In this document: positions 20,520 to 31,709 of the stretch, piece by piece
Position numbering within the stretch: the stretch's first letter is position 1
Layout of the letters: each line of letters opens with the position of its first letter
Source of the DNA: Polyangiaceae bacterium
Lineage (GTDB): Bacteria > Myxococcota_A > Polyangia > Polyangiales > Polyangiaceae
Reading direction: 5' to 3'
DNA: 64,000 nucleotides
Assembly: GCA_050287085.1 (NCBI GenBank)
Contig: JBNKBE010000010.1
Coordinates: 163,665 to 227,664 of the forward strand
Position numbers and translations under genes: made by a program
The notes under the pieces: model-generated
Seen by the model: the letters and a program-made list of their open reading frames with translations, nothing else
Database searches by the model: none
Told to the model about the DNA's origin: nothing

Positions 20520-21833
20520 CTACCCGTGTCCGTTGGCGGCGCTTTCGCTGGTGGGGGGGACCTGCTGCGCGCTCCATTCGCACTCCAGGTGCTGGACTTG
20601 GTCCAGGTAGAGCTCATCATCTGCGGAGCAGCGAAGCGTGCAGCGTGTTGGTCGATCGAATGGCAGTTCAAACATTGTCGGGAGCAGGGCTTTTTCCAGG
20701 ACGGAACGGAGCCCTCGGGCACCCGTTTTCGCCTCCAACGCCACGCGCGCTACGCGCTTGAGCGCGGCTGTGTCGAAGTCCAGCGTCACGCCGCTTTGAG
20801 CGAACAGTACTTGGTATTGACGAGTCAGCGCATTGCGAGGTTCACGTAGAATGCTGACCAACGCTTCTTCGTCAAGTTCCTCAAGTCCTGCCAGGACCGG
20901 GAATCGTCCGAGGAACTCGGGAATGAAGCCATATGAGCGGAAGTCGCGATTCTCTGCCTGAGAGATGAGTTCGAGCATCTCGGCCTCGCCGCGGGCAACC
21001 GAGCCGGTGCTGAACCCAATGCGCTTCTCGGGACGCATGCGCTTGGCGACGCTCTCCAAGAGCCCATCAAAGGCACCGCCGACGATGAACAGGATGTTGG
21101 TAGTATCTAGGTAGTCACGACTGTCACGTCCGTCGCGGTCCTTGCTCTTCTGCTTTGGTAGAGAGACACGATGTCCTTCGACGAGCTTGAGAAGTGCTTG
21201 TTGTACACCCTCGCCGGAGATGTCGCGCACTCCGGTCGGACCCTGGGAGCGCCGGGCGAGCTTGTCGACCTCGTCTATGTAGACGATGCCCCACTCGGCG
21301 CGGCCGACGTCACCGTCCCCGGAGTCAAGGAGGCGATGAATGATGGTGTCCACGTCTTCCCCAACGTAACCGGCTTGCGTGAGGGTCGTCGCGTCGGCTA
21401 TGGCAAAGGGGACTCCAACAAGGGCCGCCAAGCGTCTTGCGAGCAGCGTCTTTCCGGAGCCGGTCGGACCGAACAGGAGCACGTTGGACTTCTCGAGGAC
21501 TACGCTGTCGTCGGCTTCGGTGGACAGTTTCGCGTCGGCACGCAGGTGCAGGCGTTGATAGTGGTTGTAGACGGCCACCGAGAGAATGCGTTTCGCAGCG
21601 TCCTGTCCGATAATGAACTCGTCGAGTTGGCGCTTCAGTTCGCGAGGAGAAGGCACGGTGGGCGCTTCACCTTTGCGCCCTCCACGACTGCCCCATGCCG
21701 ACACCACACGGTGCGCACAGCGCACGCAAGCATCGCAGATATAGCCGTCTTGGCCCGCAATGAGTGGGGTTCCGGGACCTTGTGCCACGCCACAAAACGA
21801 GCAGCTGGGGGAGGAGGGGGCTCTAGTTGACAT
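20520..21833 (-). CDS. clpX: Nif-associated ClpX paralog (ClpX2-like)
   Basis: CSFC..C..C Zn finger, GPTGSGKT, DATTLTQAGYVGEDV, IGF loop; follows nifM. Confidence 0.93.
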   Translation of the reverse strand: MSTRAPSSPSCSFCGVAQGPGTPLIAGQDGYICDACVRCAHRVVSAWGSRGGRKGEAPTVPSPRELKRQLDEFIIGQDAAKRILSVAVYNHYQRLHLRADAKLSTEADDSVVLEKSNVLLFGPTGSGKTLLARRLAALVGVPFAIADATTLTQAGYVGEDVDTIIHRLLDSGDGDVGRAEWGIVYIDEVDKLARRSQGPTGVRDISGEGVQQALLKLVEGHRVSLPKQKSKDRDGRDSRDYLDTTNILFIVGGAFDGLLESVAKRMRPEKRIGFSTGSVARGEAEMLELISQAENRDFRSYGFIPEFLGRFPVLAGLEELDEEALVSILREPRNALTRQYQVLFAQSGVTLDFDTAALKRVARVALEAKTGARGLRSVLEKALLPTMFELPFDRPTRCTLRCSADDELYLDQVQHLECEWSAQQVPPTSESAANGHG

Positions 21834-22566
21834 GATGGGTCTCCGCGAGCACCGTCTGAACCCAACGCTTTTGTGCGGACAGCTGTCGTCGTCGTAGCAG
21901 CGTAGACCTCAACTTGGCTTCAACGTTGGAGAAGCTCTTGATATGCTCCGGAACGACTTCAAGGCACTGCACGATGTGCCATCCCATTGTCGTGCGAATT
22001 GGGACGCTCACCTCGCCCTCATCGAGTTCGAAGGCCGCCGCATCCAGTTCCTTGTAGAGCTGACCTCGCTGTATCCAGCCCAGTAGCGCCTGGTCCATCG
22101 CAGTGGGGCACTCCGACACCTCGAGTGCCAGCGTTCCGAAGTCTGCGCCCAAGTCCAGCTTGCGCTTGACCTCGTCTATTCGGAGCCTAGCTGTCTGTTC
22201 CGTGTTGTCGATAAATCGATCTTGAACGGTGATCAGAATATGTCGCAGTTTTCGCTTCTCTGGGACGAGCCAGCGTTCCGGGTAGCGGCGGTAGAAGTTC
22301 TCGAGCTCGTGTTGTTCAAGAGGCATGACATCTTTGGACACCTCCTCGAGAGTCGCCTTAAGCCATTCCTTGCGGAACAGTTCGTCCGCCACCTGCTCTG
22401 CTCGAAGATGCGTTGAAGCAAGCTGCCCGCGCAGTTCGGGATCGGTCGAAAGGAGCTCCAAGAGGACCGCCTTGCTCGGGAGTCGCGCCTTGACCCGGAG
22501 CGCTTCTTGCGTTGCGAGCAGTCTCGCAGCGAGCTCGCTGCGCTCCAATGTAGGGCGCGACGTCAC
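21823..22566 (-). CDS. nifM: NifM, parvulin-type PPIase for NifH maturation
   Basis: PE.R..RHILIT, F..LA...SECPTAM...LGW..RGQLY..LD..AF; located between nifW and clpX. Confidence 0.85.
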   Translation of the reverse strand: MTSRPTLERSELAARLLATQEALRVKARLPSKAVLLELLSTDPELRGQLASTHLRAEQVADELFRKEWLKATLEEVSKDVMPLEQHELENFYRRYPERWLVPEKRKLRHILITVQDRFIDNTEQTARLRIDEVKRKLDLGADFGTLALEVSECPTAMDQALLGWIQRGQLYKELDAAAFELDEGEVSVPIRTTMGWHIVQCLEVVPEHIKSFSNVEAKLRSTLLRRRQLSAQKRWVQTVLAETHHVN

Positions 22567-22916
22567 TTGTTGGCTCCGCTGTCCGTCTGGACGTTCAGGG
22601 CTCCTTCAAGATGCGTGAGTGGGACGAACGTCTCACCAATAGCGTTCTTCAGTACCTTAAATACGCGCTCGTCGAGGGGCGTTGATTCGACGAAGTCCTG
22701 ATAGGCGCGAGCGAGCAGGGCCCTATGGACAACGTGGCGGGCGGATTCGTTCTCCGGACTTATGTCACTGCTTCGTTCCAAGTAGTCGTGGTAGCGCTGG
22801 AGGATGTGAAGGCGATTGACATGAACAACACTCGCTTCGTATGGCACCTCGAAGTAGTCGAGGAAGTCTTCTGCGGAACTGAGTTCCGACAGGGCATCGT
22901 CAAGTTCAGTCATCAT
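22563..22916 (-). CDS. nifW: NifW
   Basis: LSSAEDFLDYF.VPY..SVV.VNRLHILQR...AY.DFV.STP...VFKV. Confidence 0.93.
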   Translation of the reverse strand: MMTELDDALSELSSAEDFLDYFEVPYEASVVHVNRLHILQRYHDYLERSSDISPENESARHVVHRALLARAYQDFVESTPLDERVFKVLKNAIGETFVPLTHLEGALNVQTDSGANK

Positions 22917-22930
22917 GGTGCTCTCCTTCA

Positions 22931-24103
22931 TCAGGGGCGATTTGCGTTTGGCGAGGGTGCTCGGGCGCTTGCGCCGTCGTCGGCGAGTCGACTGTTTGTG
23001 TAAAGAGCGAGTAGCTCCTTCCGACGGGGCGAACGCTTATTGACGATCGCAAAGCGGCGCACTTCGTTGAGGAGTAGCGTGCTTCGCTCCGGCTCGAGTG
23101 CGATGCCCAGGTTCTCAAAAACGCGGCTCAGGGCCCGCGTTCCGGAGTGTTTTCCGAGCACAATGGTGTGTCGTCTGCCGAGCAAGCGGGCATTGACCCC
23201 GTCGTAGTTGTGCACGTCTTTGAGCAAGCCATCGACATGGATACCAGCCTCATGGGTGAAGACCGCTCGGCCGACGATGCTTTTCTGTGCCGGCACGGCT
23301 CGTCCCGACGCCTTCGACACGGCTCCGGACAGAGAGCGTAGACGTTCGGTGCGCACTCCGGTGGTGCGGCCATAGAGCTGGTGCAAGGCAACCACAACCT
23401 CCTCGAGTGGAGCGTTCCCCGCCCGTTCACCTAGACCGTTGACGGTTGTGTTGACATGCGTGGCGCCTCCGACCACCGCAGCTAGGCTGTTTGCTGTGGC
23501 AAGACCCAAGTCGTCGTGCGCGTGAATCTCGAGCTCGAGGTCGGTCGCGCTTCGCATCCGACGAAACGCGGTTGCGATACCAAAGGGCTCGGCTACGCCG
23601 AGAGTATCGGCATAGCGAAAGCGACGTGCACCTGCCGCTTGGGCAGCCTCGAGCACACGAAGAACGAACTCAGGATCGGCCCTCGACGCATCTTCTCCGC
23701 CGATACATACCTCGAATCCGAGGTCACGAACGGCTGCGGTGCACGTTGCTATCTGGGATAGGACCCAACGGCGGTCTTTGCCGAGCTTGTGATGAATATG
23801 CTGCTCCGACATCGGTACTGAAATGTCGACGATGTGAACAGGGAGACCGGCAAGGAGCGCGACGTCCGCTGGGTTGCAGCGGCTCCATACCAACAATCTC
23901 GACGGGAGGCCGGCGCTCCCGATCGCGGCTATAGCCTCCCGCTCTTCTGCGCCCATCGCTGGGATACCCACCTCGAGCTCAGGTACTCCGAGCTCGGAGA
24001 GTCGACGTGCTATAGCCACCTTTTCGTCGAGACAAAAGGCGACGCCCGCCGTCTGCTCACCATCACGCAACGTCGTGTCGTCAATGACGATATGCTGGGT
24101 CAT
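22931..24103 (-). CDS. nifV: Homocitrate synthase
   Basis: [41 protein letters not shown]. Confidence 0.95.
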   Translation of the reverse strand: MTQHIVIDDTTLRDGEQTAGVAFCLDEKVAIARRLSELGVPELEVGIPAMGAEEREAIAAIGSAGLPSRLLVWSRCNPADVALLAGLPVHIVDISVPMSEQHIHHKLGKDRRWVLSQIATCTAAVRDLGFEVCIGGEDASRADPEFVLRVLEAAQAAGARRFRYADTLGVAEPFGIATAFRRMRSATDLELEIHAHDDLGLATANSLAAVVGGATHVNTTVNGLGERAGNAPLEEVVVALHQLYGRTTGVRTERLRSLSGAVSKASGRAVPAQKSIVGRAVFTHEAGIHVDGLLKDVHNYDGVNARLLGRRHTIVLGKHSGTRALSRVFENLGIALEPERSTLLLNEVRRFAIVNKRSPRRKELLALYTNSRLADDGASARAPSPNANRP

Positions 24104-24144
24104 CAGGGCTCCTGCTGGGCGCGTGTATCCACGTGGCCCGCGTT

Positions 24145-25356
24145 CTAGGCGTAGACTGGTGCGAACGCCTGCTCTGGGTCTTCTTTGGGGCCGCTTTCGC
24201 CCCAGTAGGGCGATAGCTTGCGGAGTTGGGCTACGACAGCGGGTGTCTCCGCGATGACGTGGGCGACTTCGTCCGCCGTGGTATATGTGGACAGAGAGAA
24301 GCGAACGGTCCCGTGAGCGGCCGTATAGGGAATACCCATCGCTCGCATCACGTGGGACGGTTCGAGCGAGCCGGAGGTGCAGGCAGAGCCACTGGATGCG
24401 GCGATTCCGAGACGATTTAGCAGCAGCAGGATCGCTTCGCCTTCGATGAATTCGAAGGCGATATTGGCAGTATTGGGCAATCGATTCGTCGGATCACCGG
24501 TGACGAAACATCTGGGAATGGCTGCGAGCAGACCTTGTTCCAGACGATCGCGAAGAGCACGGACGTAGGTATTCTCCCGCGCCATGTTGGCCAGTGCGAG
24601 CTTGGCAGCCTCCCCAAGTGCTACGATTCCGGGGACGTTCTCCGTTCCGGCGCGACGACCACGTTCCTGGTGTCCACCCCGAAGAAAGGGTCGGAAGCGT
24701 GTGCCCCGCTTCACGTAGAGGGCGCCCACTCCCTTGGGTGCGTGCAACTTATGTCCGGAAAGCGACAGCATGTCGATCTTGGTACTCTTGAGATCGAGAG
24801 GGATCTTTCCGACGGCCTGTACCGCATCTGTATGAAACGGCACTCCTTGTTCGTGGGCCAGCTCAGCCATCTCAGGAATCGGAAAGAGCGTTCCGGTTTC
24901 GTTGTTTGCCCACATGACGGTTGCGATCGCGACCTGCTCTGACAAGGCCCTCTTATATTCGGCCATGTCCAGGCGCCCCTGTGAGTCGACGCCGAGCCAA
25001 TGCACTTTGTAGCCCTCAGACTTCTCCAGGTAGGAGCAAACGTTGAGTACCGCAGGATGCTCCACTGTAGTTGTGATGAGCTCTTTGCGCTCGGGGTTGG
25101 CGCGGACGGCGGAGAGAATCGCAGTGGAGTCCGACTCGCTTCCACAGGAGGTGAATACGACTTCGGTAGAATGAGCCGCGCCCAGCAGTTCCTGCACTGC
25201 CTTACGGGCGTCGTTCAGCGACTTCGCAACGCGATTGCCGAAGCTGTGCATCGAGGACGGATTGCCAAACTGCTCGGTTAGGAACGGAAGCATGGCTGTC
25301 ACGACCTCGGGGGCTACTTGGGTCGTTGCGTTGTTGTCGAGATAGACGTCGGGCAT
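24145..25356 (-). CDS. nifS: Cysteine desulfurase NifS
   Basis: YLDNNATT, SGHKLHAPKG, SSGSACTSGSLEPSHV. Confidence 0.97.
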   Translation of the reverse strand: MPDVYLDNNATTQVAPEVVTAMLPFLTEQFGNPSSMHSFGNRVAKSLNDARKAVQELLGAAHSTEVVFTSCGSESDSTAILSAVRANPERKELITTTVEHPAVLNVCSYLEKSEGYKVHWLGVDSQGRLDMAEYKRALSEQVAIATVMWANNETGTLFPIPEMAELAHEQGVPFHTDAVQAVGKIPLDLKSTKIDMLSLSGHKLHAPKGVGALYVKRGTRFRPFLRGGHQERGRRAGTENVPGIVALGEAAKLALANMARENTYVRALRDRLEQGLLAAIPRCFVTGDPTNRLPNTANIAFEFIEGEAILLLLNRLGIAASSGSACTSGSLEPSHVMRAMGIPYTAAHGTVRFSLSTYTTADEVAHVIAETPAVVAQLRKLSPYWGESGPKEDPEQAFAPVYA

Positions 25357-25359
25357 TGT

Positions 25360-26277
25360 TCAGCCTCCCATGTGCACTAGTTGCTTCTTGGCATGCTGAG
25401 GGACCACCTTCAGGAATTCGCCAGTGGCTTCCATCAACTTCTGCTGAACAAGGCCGAGTGTGGCAGAAGCCAGAGAACACCCGGAACACGCCCCCGTTAG
25501 TTCTACGAGGACTTGATTGCCGTCGATGTCAAGCAGGCTGATATCGCCGCCGTCAGCTCGCAGTGTCGGCCGTACGCTCTCTATGGCCTCTTCGATCAGG
25601 CGGATGCGCTGCAGATCGGTGAGTTGAGCGGGGGCTGCCTTCTTGGCACGGGTTGATTCTTCGGGAAGCGGTGGCTCAGTGAGATGGCCAGCACCGCTTT
25701 CGTAGTCGTCGCCGGCCAGTACTTCCGCGAGAATGTCTTCGATCGACTCGTGGCAGCAGGCGCACCCACCGCCTGCTTTGGTGTAGTTGACGACATCTTG
25801 GACCGTAGAGAGATTGTTTTCCCGAATGACGCGCTCGATCATGGGCGCGTCAATGGCAAAGCACTTGCAAACCAGGGCACCTTCCTCGTGATCGTCGACC
25901 CACTCTTCGCCGCGGTAGTTTGCAACGGCTGCGTGTAGCGCCTCTCGGCCCATTACCGAGCAATGCATCTTCTCAGGGGGCAATCCTTCGAGGTAGGCCG
26001 CGATGTCGTTGTTCGTGACAGCCAGCGCATCGTCCAGCGTCATACCTTTTACAATCTCGGTGAGAGCAGAGGACGAGGCGATAGCGGAGCCGCAGCCAAA
26101 CGTTTCAAAGCCCGCCTCGAGAATAACGTCTGTGTTGGGGTCGACTTTGAGTGTTAGTCGGAGTGCGTCCCCGCATGCGATCGAGCCGACCTCGCCAATT
26201 CCATTGGGAGCGTCGACTGCACCCGCGTTGCGCGGATTGAAGAAATGGTCCTTAACCTTATCGGTGTAATCCCACAT
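25360..26277 (-). CDS. nifU: NifU Fe-S scaffold (three-domain)
   Basis: MWDY..KV..HF, CGD, GCGSA, MHCS, CKCF...GGC..C, DGGD...GACSGC. Confidence 0.97.
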   Translation of the reverse strand: MWDYTDKVKDHFFNPRNAGAVDAPNGIGEVGSIACGDALRLTLKVDPNTDVILEAGFETFGCGSAIASSSALTEIVKGMTLDDALAVTNNDIAAYLEGLPPEKMHCSVMGREALHAAVANYRGEEWVDDHEEGALVCKCFAIDAPMIERVIRENNLSTVQDVVNYTKAGGGCACCHESIEDILAEVLAGDDYESGAGHLTEPPLPEESTRAKKAAPAQLTDLQRIRLIEEAIESVRPTLRADGGDISLLDIDGNQVLVELTGACSGCSLASATLGLVQQKLMEATGEFLKVVPQHAKKQLVHMGG

Positions 26278-26304
26278 GCTGGCCTCGTATCTGCGAATAC
26301 CTGC

Positions 26305-26628
26305 CTAGCAGGCGAACGACTTGCCACAGTTGCAGGCGGCTGTGGCGTTGGGGTTTTGAAATTTGAATCCGGTCCCGTCGAGACCGTCTAGGAAGTCAAG
26401 CGTGACGCCTTCGAGCATCGGGGCACTTTCCGGATCAATGAAGACCCGCGCTTCGCCCTCGGTGATGACGGTGTCGTTGTCAGCAGCTCCAGTTTCCACT
26501 TTCATCTTGTACTGGAGACCGCTGCATCCTCCGTTTTCGACGGCGATGCGAACTCCGCTTTGGGTAGAGGACGCCGTCCCGGCGAACCGCACGACAGCGT
26601 TGACTGCGCTTTCTGTTAGCGTGAGCAT
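26305..26628 (-). CDS. iscA: IscA(nif) A-type Fe-S carrier
   Basis: GGCSGLQY, GFKF.NPNA...CNCGKSF. Confidence 0.93.
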   Translation of the reverse strand: MLTLTESAVNAVVRFAGTASSTQSGVRIAVENGGCSGLQYKMKVETGAADNDTVITEGEARVFIDPESAPMLEGVTLDFLDGLDGTGFKFQNPNATAACNCGKSFAC

Positions 26629-26664
26629 CCGATGTTCTCCTTTGGTTGGCTGACACGAATAATG

Positions 26665-26680
26665 TGCACGCGCCGTGCCA
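26665..26680 (-). promoter_or_regulatory. Sigma-54 promoter of iscA-nifUSVWM-clpX
   Basis: Minus strand TGGCACGGCGCGTGCA. Confidence 0.88.
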
Positions 26681-26819
26681 GCTCGGAATCTGACAAGTCC
26701 TGGAGTCAGTTGCCGCTGCGGTGGTGGAGAAGTTGCTGCTCAGGCCACGAGTCAGGCTGATGGCTACTGCTAGGTGCCGCCCTGAAACGCAGTCTACGAC
26801 GTATCGAAACGCAGGCTGT

Positions 26820-26864
26820 TGTCACAAAGCAGACGCGACAGCGGCCTTTGTTGGAGTCGTGACA
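26820..26864. promoter_or_regulatory. NifA UAS pair for the iscA operon
   Basis: TGT-TGGAGTCGTG-ACA (26849-26864); TGT-N10-ACG (26820-26835). Confidence 0.75.
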
Positions 26865-26926
26865 CGACCGACGGGTGGCGGTCACCGTATCACCGTGCGT
26901 GCGCGTCGACGCGCTGAACGGACGGG

Positions 26927-28486
26927 CTAGAAGCGCGGGACGTCTATCTTCAGGATCTGAATCCTGTACGCGACTTGTCGGGGCGTCATGCCAAGAAGTC
27001 GAGCCGCCTTCGCCTGCACCCAGCCGGCGCGTTCCAGGGCGGCCATGACCCTTTCTCGCTCATCAATGTTGGGATCGCGGAGATCGATTGTGGACGGCTG
27101 GTTGACACTGGCGGAGTGGGTTGTGAGTTCGCTCGAGACTCCTGCCATCGTGACCGCCTCATCATTGATGAGTCCGGCGCCGCTCATGATCGCTGCGCGT
27201 TCCAGGCAGTTTTCTAGTTCGCGCACGTTTCCAGGCCATTCAGCGGACTTCAGCAGACGTATCGCATCCTCGGTGATGCTCAGTTCTCGCTGTTGAACCC
27301 CCGCGAGCTTCTTGACGAGATGGACCGCGAGGTCACCGATATCCTCCCGGCGATCGCGCAGCGGTGGCGTCAGAATTGGCATGACATTGAGCCGATAGAA
27401 GAGATCTTGACGGAACTTGTTTACCTCTACCTGTTGTTCCAGATCCTTGTTGGTCGCCGCAATGATTCGGACATCGGCCCTGAGCGTTTGGGTACCCCCC
27501 AGTCGCTCAAACTCGCCTTCCTGTAGTACACGCAGGAGCTTGGCTTGGAATGAGGGTGATATCTCTCCGATCTCATCCAAGAACAACGTTCCGCGGTGCG
27601 CTTGTTCAAAGCGACCACTGTGCCGTGCCACCGCACCGGTGAAGGCTCCCTTTTCATGTCCGAAGAGCTCCGACTCGAGCAGGTTGTCGGGCAATGCTGC
27701 GCAGTTCAATTTGATGAATGGGCCTCGCGAGCGCTGGGAGCTATAATGAATGGCATGAGCTATGAGTTCCTTGCCAGTGCCCGACTCGCCCATGATCAAG
27801 ACAGTGGTGTTCCACTTAGCGACCTGCCGCACCTGTGCAAAAACGCGACGCATCGCCGGTGTGTGGCCGACCAGATTCTCGAAGCCGTAGTGTGTTCCAG
27901 TGCTGGCAACGGCCGCCTGTCGAGCGCCATCAGATGATGGCCAGCGAGCGGCTCCGTGTTGACCAACCAATGCGGCGCACATTTCGCAGAGCCGTGCAAA
28001 GGCGTCGAAGGCTTCTTCACTGAGAGATGGCTGAATTTCGAGTACACCCGCTACCGCTCCGGCGGCGGTGCGAATTGGAACACCCACGAAGGGCATGGAA
28101 GAGTCATAGCTCGGGTTCTTGCCCACGAAGCGGTCATCATCGCCGACCAACAGCGGCATGTGCAGTGGCTGTTCGCGTTCCGCTATCCAGCGTGCGGCAC
28201 GGGAGTTGTTGATGCCTGCGGGGCGTGGGCTTCCGTCAGCAGCGTAGCTGGCGGCGACCTCCAGTGCGCTACCATCTTCGGTTAAGAACGAGATCTGTCC
28301 GAGTGCGGCTTGGGAGTGCTCGCATAGAACCCTCAACACCTGCGGCAATGTGGCGCGAGGGGCGGTAGAACGGCACAACAAGCCACTGACGCGAAACAGC
28401 GCATCTACAGATGTGGTTGCGATCGATTGCATGAGTGACATGGAGGACGAATTGGCAGCGACAGGCTCATGCGTTCTGGGGGGCAT
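26927..28486 (-). CDS. nifA: NifA sigma-54 activator (GAF-AAA+-HTH)
   Basis: [53 protein letters not shown]; start 28486 or 28441. Confidence 0.95.
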   Translation of the reverse strand: MPPRTHEPVAANSSSMSLMQSIATTSVDALFRVSGLLCRSTAPRATLPQVLRVLCEHSQAALGQISFLTEDGSALEVAASYAADGSPRPAGINNSRAARWIAEREQPLHMPLLVGDDDRFVGKNPSYDSSMPFVGVPIRTAAGAVAGVLEIQPSLSEEAFDAFARLCEMCAALVGQHGAARWPSSDGARQAAVASTGTHYGFENLVGHTPAMRRVFAQVRQVAKWNTTVLIMGESGTGKELIAHAIHYSSQRSRGPFIKLNCAALPDNLLESELFGHEKGAFTGAVARHSGRFEQAHRGTLFLDEIGEISPSFQAKLLRVLQEGEFERLGGTQTLRADVRIIAATNKDLEQQVEVNKFRQDLFYRLNVMPILTPPLRDRREDIGDLAVHLVKKLAGVQQRELSITEDAIRLLKSAEWPGNVRELENCLERAAIMSGAGLINDEAVTMAGVSSELTTHSASVNQPSTIDLRDPNIDERERVMAALERAGWVQAKAARLLGMTPRQVAYRIQILKIDVPRF

Positions 28487-30059
28487 CGCCTTGGGGAAGT
28501 TCCACGGTGATTCGGCAACCACGGTGATAGGTCGAGTCGACGTAGACGGTACCCGAGTGGTCGAGCACGATGCTTTGAACTCGAGGTAGTCCCATGCCAG
28601 CACCGTCTCGCTTCTTGCCGCGTTGAGAGAAGAATGGCTCAAAGACCTTGAACTGGAGAGCCTCCGGTATTCCCGGACCGGTATCGCTGATCGAGATGTA
28701 GGCTCGTTCGTTTAGGCTCCTTGCTTCGATCAGAATGGCGCGCTCCGCGCTGCTTCCCATGGCTTCTACGGCGTTGTCGATGAGCTCTTTGAACAGCGCG
28801 CGTAGCCGGCCCGGATCACCCTGAACTATCAACGACTCGGGAATGGCTCGATCGATTACGATGTCATCCGCGATCAGGCGGTGAGTGTAGAGTCGGAGTG
28901 CTTCGTTGATGAGTTCCGACACATGGACTGCTTCTATTCGTGCCTTGGGCGTCTCTGGAACTGACTCCGAAAGTCGCTCGAGAAGCTCATGTCCTTCCTT
29001 CACGGCTTCCCTTACAGTTTCAACCAGTGTTCGATGGGCCAGCGGATCTCCACCGCGTCGTTCTGCAGACCGAAGGGCGGTCGATAGTAGATTGATAGGA
29101 AGCTGGAAGCGAAATAGGGCGGCTTCGAGCGCCTCGTGAAGCTCATGGGCGCGTTCCTCTTCAGCAACCAGCGCTCTCATGGCGTTAGTACGGACCTCTT
29201 CTTCCTGCTTTCGGAGGCTAGTGAGGTCGGTGCCGAATATGAGAAAGTAGCGCTGCCCGCCGCTCTTGAAGAACGCATCGGCGCTCGTATCGTTTTCGTC
29301 CAACCAGCGTCCCGCCAGTCTGATGCGTCGGTTGCCCGCGTCCCCGCTGAGTGCAACGTCTATCTCCCGCTCCGGAACCATTGCTTTCTTCTCGCGCAGC
29401 TCCTGATACGCGGACGTGGTATCCCCGCATAAGGCGCTGGCCAAGTGGCGTCCCAGGTGTTCTCCGCAGAACTCCTTTGCCGCGTGGCGGAAAGGAGCGT
29501 TGCCGAGGGCGACATTGGCCCGCTCGTCGAGTGCGACGAACCACATCGGGGCGCAGTCGAGCAAGCTATCAATGAGTGCCCGCTGATTGAGTACGGCCTG
29601 CTCCAGGGTGTGTTCTTCACTGACGTCCCGGTGCATTCCAAGGTAGTGGATTGCCGTTTGAGATGCATCCAGGACTGGGGCAACCATCAGCTCGGCAAGG
29701 TAGCGCTCGCCGTTGCTTCGGCGATTGACGAGTCTTCCACTCCAAGCGCGGCTTCGCAGCAGAGCAGACCAAAGTGACTCGTAGACTATGCCTGGCGTGC
29801 GTCGGTCGGAAAGAACTGATTCGTTCTTTCCTTTGACGTCGTCGAAGGAAAATCCGGTGACCTTCTCGAAGGTCTTGTTTACATATTGCACGCACGCCCG
29901 CGTGTCGGTGATTGAGATGGCAACGGGGGCCTGTTCTACGGCCTTGAAGAACACCTCTGCTGGAAGCCCGAAGTGTTCGAGTGTACGCTCGGTGGGATCG
30001 GTGTCTTGGTGTGTGCCCTCCGAGGGCCTCTCGTCAGGACGTGCTCTAGAATCGCTCAT
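28467..30059 (-). CDS. nifL: NifL anti-activator (PAS-PAS-GHKL)
   Basis: [21 protein letters not shown]1, NES.LS...TP..VY..LW, HATPase-like C-terminus; directly upstream of nifA. Confidence 0.92.
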   Translation of the reverse strand: MSDSRARPDERPSEGTHQDTDPTERTLEHFGLPAEVFFKAVEQAPVAISITDTRACVQYVNKTFEKVTGFSFDDVKGKNESVLSDRRTPGIVYESLWSALLRSRAWSGRLVNRRSNGERYLAELMVAPVLDASQTAIHYLGMHRDVSEEHTLEQAVLNQRALIDSLLDCAPMWFVALDERANVALGNAPFRHAAKEFCGEHLGRHLASALCGDTTSAYQELREKKAMVPEREIDVALSGDAGNRRIRLAGRWLDENDTSADAFFKSGGQRYFLIFGTDLTSLRKQEEEVRTNAMRALVAEEERAHELHEALEAALFRFQLPINLLSTALRSAERRGGDPLAHRTLVETVREAVKEGHELLERLSESVPETPKARIEAVHVSELINEALRLYTHRLIADDIVIDRAIPESLIVQGDPGRLRALFKELIDNAVEAMGSSAERAILIEARSLNERAYISISDTGPGIPEALQFKVFEPFFSQRGKKRDGAGMGLPRVQSIVLDHSGTVYVDSTYHRGCRITVELPQGDAPQNA

Positions 30060-30388
30060 GGCTGTGCTCGGCGCTGGCAGATTAGAACCGATCCTGAAAG
30101 CCGCCGTAGCATCGTGTAGACCCCAGGGGGCGAGGCCGCCCTGAGGGTGCTACTTTGGCGAACTTGGATCGGCGCATTCTGTAGTTCATGGTTGCCGAGC
30201 CTCTTTAGGATCGGCTCTAAGCTAAGGTCTGCGTTTGGGTACTACTGTCCGATATTCCAGAGTCCGTTTCGGAGGAACGACCGTCATATGAATGAATCGT
30301 TTCTGAAGTGCGGTGGGGCTCTTGCCGCGCAGAGTCCGAAATTCTTGCGCGGGCTCCGGCTATGCACCCGCGGGTCTAGTTGGAGCTT

Positions 30389-30404
30389 TGTCAGGAATCC
30401 GACA
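30389..30404. promoter_or_regulatory. NifA UAS for rnf
   Basis: TGT-CAGGAATCCG-ACA. Confidence 0.8.
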
Positions 30405-30541
30405 ACGAGGAACGCTATTGTTGAGATCTGGTCGCGACGTAGGCGCCGCGGACCGCCGCCGCATGGCATCGAGAACGCGCTGGCGGCTCAACCACAGCCA
30501 TATTCCTTCCGGATGGCTTGATAGGGCGGTCCAATCGACGC

Positions 30542-30557
30542 TGGTACGCGCCATGCA
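30542..30557 (+). promoter_or_regulatory. Sigma-54 promoter of the rnf-mod operon
   Basis: TGGTACGCGCCATGCA. Confidence 0.85.
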
Positions 30558-30569
30558 AAGTGACGCGAT

Positions 30570-31148
30570 ATGTCCGTGGTATCAGTCATTGTGGACGCAG
30601 CGTTGGTCCACAACGTCGTGCTCGTCTACTTCTTGGGTCTATGTCCAGCTATCGGTATGTCGAAGAGACGCGACGGTGCGCTGGGGATGGGGCTGGCAAC
30701 GACAGTAGTGCTTACACTGGCGACGCTGCTGGGTTGGTTGTTGGAGCGCACGGTTTTGCTACCCCTTGGCTTAGGCTTCTTGAAGATACTGTCATTCATT
30801 ATGGTCATCGCCGCAGTGGTACAGCTACTTGAGCTGAGCCTGAAGCGCTTTGCTCCCCCCCTCTATTCCCAACTGGGCGTTTACCTACCGCTTATTACTA
30901 CCAATTGTGCGGTGCTCGGGGCCGCGCTGCTGAACTCCCGAGAGGGGCGTGACCTAGTGACGAGCCTCGCGGTCGGCTTCGGCTCGGGCCTTGGCTTTCT
31001 TGCTGTGATGGTGGTCTTTGCAGGTCTTCGCGAGCGGTTGTCGCGTGCGCAAGTCCCGCACGCATTTGAGGGAACCCCGGTTGCATTTCTCACGGCTGGA
31101 ATACTGTCCCTAGCTCTAATGGGCTTTGAGGGGATGGGCGGTCACTAG
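30570..31148 (+). CDS. rnfA: RnfA
   Basis: NVVLVYFLGLCP, YLPLITTNCAVLG. Confidence 0.95.
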   Translation: MSVVSVIVDAALVHNVVLVYFLGLCPAIGMSKRRDGALGMGLATTVVLTLATLLGWLLERTVLLPLGLGFLKILSFIMVIAAVVQLLELSLKRFAPPLYSQLGVYLPLITTNCAVLGAALLNSREGRDLVTSLAVGFGSGLGFLAVMVVFAGLRERLSRAQVPHAFEGTPVAFLTAGILSLALMGFEGMGGH

Positions 31149-31166
31149 AGCAGAAGCGGAGGACCC

Positions 31167-31700
31167 ATGATACTTGTAGCCATTGCGTGTTTGACTGGCC
31201 TCGGAGTCATCCTTGGTCTGATTCTCGGCATCGCGGCCAGGCAATTCGCGGTGGAAGCGCCACCCATTCAGGCGGAGATCGAAGCGATGCTCCCGGGAAG
31301 CCAGTGTGGCCAGTGTGGCTTTGCCGGCTGCGCTGGACTGGCCGCCGCAGTCGCCAATGGCCAGGCCTCGCCTGCGGCGTGCACTCCGGGGGGGCATGCT
31401 CTTGCGGTCAAGCTGGCGGCGCTCGTCGGCGTGGTACTCGAAGACGACAACCCTGTGGGAGTTCCGAAGGTGGCCTATGTTGGGGAGTCGAAGTGTGTCG
31501 GGTGTGCGAAGTGCTCTTCCGTTTGCCCGACGGATGCCATCGTCGGCGCGCCGAGACAGATACACGCGGTGATGCAGCAGTATTGCACTGCCTGTGGCCT
31601 TTGCGTGGATGCCTGTCCGACCGAGACCATTCAGCTCGAGGACCAAAGTTTGAGCCTAGACTCTTGGCGTTGGCCGAAACCGGCGACTCGCGCTGCATGA
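31167..31700 (+). CDS. rnfB: RnfB
   Basis: LPGSQCGQCGF.GC, two ferredoxin motifs, W.WPKP tail. Confidence 0.95.
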   Translation: MILVAIACLTGLGVILGLILGIAARQFAVEAPPIQAEIEAMLPGSQCGQCGFAGCAGLAAAVANGQASPAACTPGGHALAVKLAALVGVVLEDDNPVGVPKVAYVGESKCVGCAKCSSVCPTDAIVGAPRQIHAVMQQYCTACGLCVDACPTETIQLEDQSLSLDSWRWPKPATRAA

Positions 31701-31709
31701 GGTGCTGTC

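Noticed and set aside
30108..30123. Sigma-54 promoter for nifLA
   Set aside because: Only the GG-N10-GC core (GGGTCTACACGATGCT) with poor flanks; not supportable
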